DNA from: Candidatus Fermentibacterota bacterium
GTDB taxonomy: Bacteria > Fermentibacterota > Fermentibacteria > Fermentibacterales > JCC-6
NCBI GenBank assembly: GCA_003646025.1
Contig: QNDR01000002.1
Span: 2,873-66,872, forward strand
Length of the DNA stretch: 64,000 nt
Direction: 5' to 3'
The position numbers and the translations under genes are program-made. Below are positions 10,687 to 17,106 of the stretch, in pieces (the first letter of the stretch is position 1; the number at the start of each line of letters is the position of its first letter). The notes beneath the pieces were generated by a model. The model had not been told where the DNA came from. It saw nothing but the letters and a program-made list of their open reading frames with translations, and ran no database searches.

Positions 10687-11916
10687 ATGTCAGATAAAAC
10701 CGTTTCAGAGAAGTTCACAGGCAGGGTTGTGAAACAGGTAGCTGCCAGTGCCCGGAGTATTGTTGTTCTGTGTTTTGTTGTTGCTGTGCTGTCTTCCGTG
10801 TGGGCACTGACCAGAACCCCGAGATGGAGTGCATGGGCAGCGGCTATCGTTCCCGGGTCTACCTCTTCTTCTCTGTCTGCCTCTGCCGGAGCGCTGGGTC
10901 TGGGAGATGCGATGGGTGTTATGGGGGCTCTTGGTTCCGGAGTGCTTCCCCAGCCTGCAGGAATTGATATTACCCTTGCAACACAGATCCTGGGTTCCCG
11001 GAGAATACAGGAACGAATCATACTGAAGTATGATCTCATCAACAGATACCGGGCAAACAGTATGGAAAAAGCCACAAAGAAATTCGGGGAACACTTTTCT
11101 GTAACCCTTTCACCAGAGGGAATAATATTTATTACCGCCGAGGGCAGAACCAGAACGGAAGCTGCCGCCATTGTGAACGACATCGTGGACTTTGCCAACC
11201 AGGAGCTTTTAACTCTTGTTACCAGCAGAGCCAGAAGAAGCCGAATTCAGACTGAAAGTGCTCTTTCCATTGCTCAGGACTCGCTTGAAGCATCAAGAGA
11301 TGCCATGGAATCTTTCAGAGCCAGAACAGGCCTGATCTTCCCGGAACAGCAGGCCTCAAGCATGATGGATGTTATGGCTTCCATAGAGAGTGAAATGGTT
11401 TCCGCAGGTGCGGTGCTCCAGGGGCTTTCCGGCAATCTTTCGTCAAGAAGTGCCATATACAGCCAGGCCAGTGCGCAGTACAGGTATCTGGAAGATGCGC
11501 TGAGGGTAAGGTCTTCTTCAGGAGACTCCATGAGTATCTTTCCGGTAATGGACAGTATGCCCGCCTACATGCGCGAGTACGAAAACCTTGTGGTGGACAT
11601 AGAAACCAGAAGCGCCGTGTACCTGTTCCTCAGGCAGGAGCTGGAAAACCTGCGTATTGAGGAATCAAAGGAAAGTCCCACAATAGAAATAATCGTACCG
11701 CCGGCACCTGAATACCTCAGGGTGTATCCTAAAAGGGCCGTTATGGTGATAACACATGTAGCTGTCGCCTTCATTCTCTCAATAGTGTGGATAGTTTTTC
11801 TCACATGGTTCAGATCTGTCCTTGACTCTCCGGAATCAGGTCCCTTCGTGAAAGGTGTACTGGCAGATGTCAGAAACCAGTTCCGCAGGCAGGGGAATGG
11901 TACTGAAAAAAAGTAA
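10687..11916 (+). CDS. Chain-length-determinant-like protein (Wzz/GumC-type, no kinase domain)
   Basis: ATG at 10687. One TM segment near the N-terminus and one near the C-terminus flank a long helical or coiled region. Sits directly after the exporter gene. Confidence 0.5.
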   Translation: MSDKTVSEKFTGRVVKQVAASARSIVVLCFVVAVLSSVWALTRTPRWSAWAAAIVPGSTSSSLSASAGALGLGDAMGVMGALGSGVLPQPAGIDITLATQILGSRRIQERIILKYDLINRYRANSMEKATKKFGEHFSVTLSPEGIIFITAEGRTRTEAAAIVNDIVDFANQELLTLVTSRARRSRIQTESALSIAQDSLEASRDAMESFRARTGLIFPEQQASSMMDVMASIESEMVSAGAVLQGLSGNLSSRSAIYSQASAQYRYLEDALRVRSSSGDSMSIFPVMDSMPAYMREYENLVVDIETRSAVYLFLRQELENLRIEESKESPTIEIIVPPAPEYLRVYPKRAVMVITHVAVAFILSIVWIVFLTWFRSVLDSPESGPFVKGVLADVRNQFRRQGNGTEKK

Positions 11917-13180
11917 GATACTGAATCTTGGATTTCCCGCGCTTGTAAGCCAGGGTTCCCTTGCTATGTGGGGTGTAATTTCCATACTCATCGCAAGATA
12001 CCTGCCGGATAACGCCTATGCGGTGTATGCCCTTTCCCGTTCAATAGAACTGTTTGGTGGTCTTCTCGGCGGCGGCTTTGTACTCAGTGCTCTTCTTAAA
12101 CTGGGCAGTGAGAAAAGCAGCAAAGAAACATCCGCCACAGCCAACACGGCTATGCTGGTTACACTTGTATTCAGTTTGATCACCGCTGCAGGGCTTTTGC
12201 TGTTCGGTGACCTGATAAACTCTTTCTACCCTGAAATACAGCTTTCAGGTATCCCTCCTGTGATTGCTCTGGTGGTTGTTACAGGGGCACTGTCTCAGAT
12301 TCCCAGACACCTTCTTCTTACGAAGCTGAGTACTGTGAAGGTCATGAAAGCCGATATTCTGTCTTTTCTCATTCGGGGAGGGATAGTTGGGTGGCTGATA
12401 TACACCGGCGTTCTTACCGGGGCTGTTCAGGTTTTGAAGGCAACTGTTCTGGCGAATACAGGAGCATTCCTGTTCAATGCATGGAATGCCCGACATCTTT
12501 TCGATCCGGCGGCAGGAGTGAACAGGGCCTCTCTGAAGCGTGTGCTGAAGTTTGCCGCCTACTCGCTTGGTACCAGTTTCGCAGGCTTTATCTACACGAG
12601 AACAGACATTCTGATGCTGGGCAAACTGGCTCCCCCGGAAGATGTGGCTGCATACAGTGCTTCAAGAGCTCTTACCTCTATGGTGGTTATGGTCTCGGCT
12701 GCGGCAAACATGATCCTTATGCCGGCTATATCCCACGACTGGACCAGCGGTGTCAGAAAGACTGTAATGAAGAGATCCATGAAAGCTGTTGCTATTGTAG
12801 AGCTGATCCAGCTGCCTGTTGTTGCAGCTCTTGTGATCTTTCCTGTTCAGATAATCAACACCATCTACCACGGCAGATACTCGGCGAACTGGCCCATCCT
12901 CGCGATCCTCGGAGGGCTTGCGCTCGTAAGACCCTTTGGCAGTATTTTTTCCACAGTCAGCTCGGCTATGAACAAACCACAGTATTCCTTCTGGTGTATT
13001 CTTCTGTCGGCAGGAGTAAATGTTACACTCAACATCATTCTCATCCCGAAAATGGGAGGGATAGGTGCTGCATGGGCCACAGTTGCAGCTGTTCTGTCCG
13101 GTGCGATTGCGGTTATTGTTCTGTCTGTTCTCCACTGGATGAAAGAAACAGGAGAAGAACCTGTAAAACAGATCTTGTAA
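11897..13180 (+). CDS. Second MOP/Wzx-type polysaccharide flippase
   Basis: ORF 11855..13180. Start uncertain (ATG at 11855, 11867 or 11897). Polytopic membrane protein with the MVLKKSKILNLGFPALVSQ..ILIARYL N-terminus typical of Polysacc_synt proteins. Confidence 0.6.
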   Translation: MVLKKSKILNLGFPALVSQGSLAMWGVISILIARYLPDNAYAVYALSRSIELFGGLLGGGFVLSALLKLGSEKSSKETSATANTAMLVTLVFSLITAAGLLLFGDLINSFYPEIQLSGIPPVIALVVVTGALSQIPRHLLLTKLSTVKVMKADILSFLIRGGIVGWLIYTGVLTGAVQVLKATVLANTGAFLFNAWNARHLFDPAAGVNRASLKRVLKFAAYSLGTSFAGFIYTRTDILMLGKLAPPEDVAAYSASRALTSMVVMVSAAANMILMPAISHDWTSGVRKTVMKRSMKAVAIVELIQLPVVAALVIFPVQIINTIYHGRYSANWPILAILGGLALVRPFGSIFSTVSSAMNKPQYSFWCILLSAGVNVTLNIILIPKMGGIGAAWATVAAVLSGAIAVIVLSVLHWMKETGEEPVKQIL

Positions 13181-13228
13181 TCATTCTTTCGGACCAGAGG
13201 AGCAACTTCACAGATAACACTCTCTGTT

Positions 13229-13306
13229 GTACGGATAACAACCGTACATCTTGACGCAATGTCCCGACCGCTTTATACTGCCTTGCAGTACGGAATGTTT
13301 CCGTAC
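13229..13306 (+). promoter_or_regulatory. tacAT promoter (TTGACG-17 nt-TATACT) flanked by two GTACGG-N7-CCGTAC inverted repeats
   Basis: -35 TTGACG at 13251-13256, 17-nt spacer, -10 TATACT at 13274-13279. IR1 is GTACGGataacaaCCGTAC at 13229-13247. IR2 is GTACGGaatgtttCCGTAC at 13288-13306. AAGGAG RBS precedes the ATG at 13325. Confidence 0.5.
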
Positions 13307-13324
13307 GTAATACAAGGAGATGAA

Positions 13325-13594
13325 ATGGCAACCGCCCGTTTCGATATGCGACTGGATGAGGAAATAAAGGCGAAAGCTGAAAAAGCAGCAGCCCTGCTCG
13401 GTTTGAAAAGCCTCACCGAGTATGTGGTGAAGCTTATGGAAAAAGATTCCTCCAGAGTGATAAGTGAATATTCAGGTGTTGTGGTTGAGGATGACGTGTT
13501 TGATCGTTTTATGCAGGCATGTGAACAGGCAGGAAAACCAAACAGTGCTCTGGTGGGAGCGCTTGACTTTACAAGAGAACAGGAAGCTGAATAA
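13325..13594 (+). CDS. tacA: DUF1778/RHH antitoxin (TacA-type)
   Basis: ORF 13259..13594. ATG at 13325 follows AAGGAG. N-terminus ATARFDMRLDEEIKAKAEKAAALLG is typical of DUF1778 ribbon-helix-helix antitoxins. A GNAT toxin gene lies 8 nt downstream. Confidence 0.8.
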   Translation: MATARFDMRLDEEIKAKAEKAAALLGLKSLTEYVVKLMEKDSSRVISEYSGVVVEDDVFDRFMQACEQAGKPNSALVGALDFTREQEAE

Positions 13595-13602
13595 TTCCCG
13601 GC

Positions 13603-14139
13603 ATGGAATTCGTTGAACTGAGTAAATCAGTTCATGACAGGTCTTCATTTGACTGTGGCGAGCCGGAGTTGGACAGATTTATTCGGTTTTACGCTGCAAA
13701 GCACATGAAGGCAGGGATCAGTACAACAATGCTACTGCCGGATTCGGTGCCTCTTCCAGACGGGAAGTATTCTGTCCGGGCTTTCTATACCATTGCTCCC
13801 GGCTCTATAAGCAGAAAAACCCTTCCAGCAGAACTTGCCGCAAAACTGCCATATTATCCTGTACCTGTGTATTTACTGGCGCAGATGGCTGTTCACAAGA
13901 AATACCACAACACCGGGCTGGGGAAGATCACACTGATCAAGGCCCTTGAGCATATCTGGGCTGTAAACGCTCACATGAGAGCCTATGCTGTTACTGTATA
14001 CTGCCTTAACCGACAGGCAGAACAGTTCTATCTGAAATACGGCTTTGAGTACCTGCACAAACACGATGGCAGAACAGGATTGTTTTTGCCAATGAACACC
14101 CTGGCGCAGCTGTTCGGGCACACCGGAACGGAAAACTGA
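13603..14139 (+). CDS. tacT: GNAT-family acetyltransferase toxin (TacT/AtaT-type)
   Basis: H-RSSFDCGEPELDRFIRFYA N-terminal signature and the acetyl-CoA region LAQMAVHKKYHNTGLGKITL. Paired with a DUF1778 gene. Confidence 0.8.
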   Translation: MEFVELSKSVHDRSSFDCGEPELDRFIRFYAAKHMKAGISTTMLLPDSVPLPDGKYSVRAFYTIAPGSISRKTLPAELAAKLPYYPVPVYLLAQMAVHKKYHNTGLGKITLIKALEHIWAVNAHMRAYAVTVYCLNRQAEQFYLKYGFEYLHKHDGRTGLFLPMNTLAQLFGHTGTEN

Positions 14140-14322
14140 ACCTCTGAACACATTCTGTTACCTTGATAGAGGGAAATACTCCCCGCTAGAGGGAGAATAT
14201 CCCATAATTAATGGCTGCAGCCTCTCAACGATACCCTATAAAACGCTCCGGTGCAGCAAGAAAACTCTCTGGTACGGCAATTGCTTCTGCGTACAGTACA
14301 CGAACGAGAAAGGAGAATTGTT

Positions 14323-14922
14323 ATGAAAGCAGCAATGCTTGTTGTATTCGCAGTTTCGTTTGCTGCCCCTGCAGGACAGATCGCTGTTGATCCCTGCAGT
14401 GTGCAGGAAAAGGATCCTGAATGGCTCGTTTACGATGACGGTACTGCCGCATGGCTGTCGTGGGGCGGGATGTATCGGGGTGTCTGGTTCAATGTAAAGG
14501 ATTTCAATCCTTCAGGAGCTGGTGCAATAGTCTCCCAGGTAGAATTCTGGTTCTATCATCACGCCAGCTATCCATGGGATACATCCGATTTCTACGCGGA
14601 AATCTGGAGCGGCGATTCTACCTGCCCGATAAGCCTGCTCAATCAGACTCAGACCACAGCAGTGCATTATGCACCTGTTGTTGTAACCTATGACCCTGCC
14701 ATTGTCTGCGAGGCTGAATTCTGGGTGTTTGTAAACCCGGAGATGAGTTCAGGGGGATGGCCTTCCATTCTGAGTGATGGTACACCTGGGACTCACAGTT
14801 TCTTTTCTGATGGCTTATCGTGGGAGCCCCTGGATAGCGGTGACTATTTTATCCGGGCCTATGCGGAAATAACTCTTGCTCTGAATAACACAACCTGGGG
14901 TGAGCTGAAAACAGTATTCTGA
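14323..14922 (+). CDS. Hypothetical secreted protein
   Basis: ORF 14251..14922. ATG at 14323 follows AAGGAG. Signal peptide MKAAMLVVFAVSFAAPAG. Trp/aromatic-rich mature part ending NNTTWGELKTVF. No family recognised. Confidence 0.55.
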   Translation: MKAAMLVVFAVSFAAPAGQIAVDPCSVQEKDPEWLVYDDGTAAWLSWGGMYRGVWFNVKDFNPSGAGAIVSQVEFWFYHHASYPWDTSDFYAEIWSGDSTCPISLLNQTQTTAVHYAPVVVTYDPAIVCEAEFWVFVNPEMSSGGWPSILSDGTPGTHSFFSDGLSWEPLDSGDYFIRAYAEITLALNNTTWGELKTVF

Positions 14923-14927
14923 CCTTA

Positions 14928-14994
14928 TCAGTGAACTATCAGCTGCCCCTGGTCGGAGATGTATACCCTTGAAGAATCGTATATGCAGGTTGTC
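14928..14994 (-). pseudogene. 3'-terminal remnant of a paralog of the beta-helix lipoprotein gene at 19540..20754
   Basis: 14931-14994 is 57/64 identical to 19543-19606. It translates (minus strand) to TCIYDSSRVYISDQGQLIVH-stop versus NCIYDSSRVYISDQGQLIVH-stop. Homology ends abruptly at about 14994. Confidence 0.65.
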
Positions 14995-15024
14995 TACTCT
15001 GGCTCAAGCCAGGCATGGCGGGGC
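14985..15024 (+). repeat. Left copy of 40-bp direct repeat (IS91-like transposase 3' fragment)
   Basis: gcaggttGtctactctggctcaagccaggcatggcggggc is 39/40 identical to 16867-16906. Confidence 0.85.
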
Positions 15025-15186
15025 TGTGAACACCGTCAGGGCATATTACCGAAAGCATCAGGCAAAGAAAAATTCGCCTCTTCAATGGTATTGACGGGAT
15101 AAAATATATGAATTATCTCAATCATGTGGTTTAAAGAAATTGCCATAACCATAAGAATAACATATGGTTAAGATGAGTATTCAGAG

Positions 15187-16665
15187 GTGGGGTGTTTGAT
15201 TGTGAAAAATCTGTCAGTTCTTCTGCTTTCTGCAGTTGTGTTTTTGCTTGTGCCGGGTGTGTCTGAAGGTTCAGACGGCTCGATAGTGGCCTGGGGCTAC
15301 AATGAGTACGGCCAGTGCAATGTGCCCGTGCCCAATGAGGGTTTCGTGGCGGTTGCAGCAGGAAGTATTCACAGCCTCGGTCTTAAGGCAGACGGCTCGA
15401 TGATGGCCTGGGGTTACAACGCCCAGGGTCAGTGCAATGTGCCTGCGCCCAATGAGGGTTTCGTGGCGGGTGCAGGAGGAGCTTATCACAGCCTCGGTCT
15501 TAAGGCAGACGGCTCGATAGTGGCCTGGGGTTACAACAACCACGGTCAGTGCGATGTGCCCGCGCCCAATGAGGGTTTCGTGGCGCTTTCGGCAGGTTAT
15601 TATCACAGCCTCGGCCTGAAGACAGACGGCTCGATAGTGGTCTGGGGTTACAACAACTTTGGTCAGTGCAATGTGCCCGCGCCCAATGAGGGTTTCGTGG
15701 CGGTTTCGGGAGGTTCTTCTCACAGCCTCGGTCTTAAGGCGGATAGTTCGATAGTGGCCTGGGGTTACAACGGCTACGGCCAGTGCAATGTGCCCGTGCC
15801 CAATGAGGGCTTCGTGGCGATTGCAGCAGGAGATAATCACAGCCTCGGCCTGAAGGCAGATAGTTCGATAGTGGCCTGGGGTTACAACGGCTACGGCCAG
15901 TGCAATGTGCCCGTGCCCAATGAGGGTTTCGTGGCGGTTGCAGCAGGAGATAATCACAGCCTCGGCCTGAAGGCAGACGGCTCGATAGTGGCCTGGGGTT
16001 ACAACGGCTACGGCCAGTGCAATGTGCCCGCGCCCAATGAGGGTTTCGTGGCGGTTTCGGGAGGAGCTGCTCACAGCCTCGGCCTGCATGCATATCTTCA
16101 TGTTATAGAACCGGACAGCTCAACCATATGGATGCAAAATGAAACGGACCTTCCAGTAAGCTGGACAGGTGTTTACTCCGATGGCGTAAGCATTGTTCTC
16201 TACGACGGAGCGGTATTAGTTGATACTCTTGCAGCATCAGCTCCTAACACCGGCTCCTGGGTTTTCAGCGGTCCTGTGCCGGTGAGCTGGGTTCCCGGTG
16301 TTGAGTACATGATCTACATAGAAGACGATCTCGGCCATTCCGGCTGGAGCGATCAGTTCACTGTTGCGCCACCTGTTCCGATTGTTGATGATGAATCAGC
16401 AGGTACAAATAATTATGCTTTGCATGGTGCAGTACCAAATCCTTCATGCGAAATGGCGCTTGTTGCATTCGAAATCCCTGAGACTGAAGATGTCTGTATA
16501 ACTGTTTACGATATTTCCGGAAGAGTTGTTACTGAGCTGATGTACAGCGCACTGACTGCTGGTGTGCACGAAGCGGTTATTAGTGATCTTCGTGCAGGGC
16601 TTTATGTTGTTCGCATGCAGGCCGGTGATTTCATAGACTCCGGGAGGATGATTATAGTTCGATGA
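15187..16665 (+). CDS. Secreted RCC1/BLIP-II-like seven-bladed beta-propeller protein with T9SS-type C-terminal sorting domain
   Basis: Start ambiguous (GTG 15187, TTG 15196 or GTG 15202). Signal peptide present. Seven 39-aa repeats DGSIVAWGYNxxGQCNVPxPNEGFVAVxxGxxHSLGLKA. C-terminus ..ITVYDISGRVVTEL..GLYVVRMQAGDFIDSGRMIIVR. Confidence 0.8.
   Translation: MGCLIVKNLSVLLLSAVVFLLVPGVSEGSDGSIVAWGYNEYGQCNVPVPNEGFVAVAAGSIHSLGLKADGSMMAWGYNAQGQCNVPAPNEGFVAGAGGAYHSLGLKADGSIVAWGYNNHGQCDVPAPNEGFVALSAGYYHSLGLKTDGSIVVWGYNNFGQCNVPAPNEGFVAVSGGSSHSLGLKADSSIVAWGYNGYGQCNVPVPNEGFVAIAAGDNHSLGLKADSSIVAWGYNGYGQCNVPVPNEGFVAVAAGDNHSLGLKADGSIVAWGYNGYGQCNVPAPNEGFVAVSGGAAHSLGLHAYLHVIEPDSSTIWMQNETDLPVSWTGVYSDGVSIVLYDGAVLVDTLAASAPNTGSWVFSGPVPVSWVPGVEYMIYIEDDLGHSGWSDQFTVAPPVPIVDDESAGTNNYALHGAVPNPSCEMALVAFEIPETEDVCITVYDISGRVVTELMYSALTAGVHEAVISDLRAGLYVVRMQAGDFIDSGRMIIVR
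15274..16092 (+). repeat. Intragenic tandem repeat, 7 x 117 bp (in frame)
   Basis: Units start at 15274, 15391, 15508, 15625, 15742, 15859 and 15976. Units 5 and 6 differ at only 2 of 117 nt. Confidence 0.95.
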
Positions 16666-16696
16666 TCAGACCGGTCGTGAGGTTCTGAACTAATAG

Positions 16697-16945
16697 ATCT
16701 CAAGGGTTCCCTTCTTCCTTGAGACGGTGACATTCGATGAAGGTTCGGATGCCGTGCTTTGCCAGGGAGAACACTTTCACCCCGCCCCTACCAGGAACTT
16801 CGATGTTGCAGATCCCCTGAAATGGATAGCACGGAAAATATTCCATATCCCGGGGAAGGGCTCGAAGCAGGTTATCTACTCTGGCTCAAGCCAGGCATGG
16901 CGGGGCCGGCGTCCGGAGGGCAGTACGCTGGACAGTTTCTGTTGA
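16697..16945 (+). mobile_element. Decayed fragment resembling the C-terminal end of an IS91/ISCR-family (Y2) transposase
   Basis: Frame open from 16697 to 16945. The peptide ..FDVADPLKWIARKIFHIPGKGSKQVIYSGSSQAWRGR resembles the conserved HIPxKG..VRYYGxYxN..RGK block. No N-terminal or catalytic part present. Contains the right 40-bp repeat (16867-16906). Recognition by memory of the family motif only. Confidence 0.4.
16867..16906 (+). repeat. Right copy of 40-bp direct repeat
   Basis: gcaggttAtctactctggctcaagccaggcatggcggggc is 39/40 identical to 14985-15024. Confidence 0.85.
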
Positions 16946-17106
16946 AATTCTGCAGGCAGGCATGTTTGACCAGGCTTGTCTCGAGCAGTATGGTAAGTTT
17001 CAGGTAAAGATACTGGGTGATATTGAGACTGATATACAGTTTCGGAAAATTCCCGGAGCGGCTTGAAATCAAGATTCCTGTTGCCAACTGGAGCGGAGCA
17101 TATATC

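Noticed and set aside
10018-11198. Two 197-aa minus-strand ORFs antisense to the Wza-like and Wzz-like genes
   Set aside because: Low-complexity products with no start context. The sense frames fit the operon structure and show overlapping stop/start coupling.
12391-13254. 287-aa alternative-frame + strand ORF overlapping the second flippase gene
   Set aside because: The product is Cys/Arg-rich and implausible. The annotated frame encodes a coherent polytopic membrane protein.
14272-14294. A third GTACGG half-site upstream of the secreted-protein gene that might be another TacA operator
   Set aside because: The partner half-site is degenerate (GCGTAC) and the spacing is 12 nt rather than 7. 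This is not the same architecture as the two promoter-flanking palindromes and is probably chance.
15274-16092. Regular 117-bp periodicity that could superficially suggest a CRISPR-like or satellite array
   Set aside because: The repeats are contiguous with no unique spacers and are far longer than CRISPR repeats. They are in frame within a 492-aa ORF encoding RCC1/BLIP-II-like blades, so this is a coding tandem repeat.
15271-16101. 276-aa and 119-aa minus-strand ORFs antisense to the RCC1-like gene
   Set aside because: They stay open only because the same stop-free 117-bp unit is repeated. Their products are low-complexity (His/Arg/Cys/Ala-rich), whereas the + strand frame has signal peptide, repeat and sorting-domain logic.
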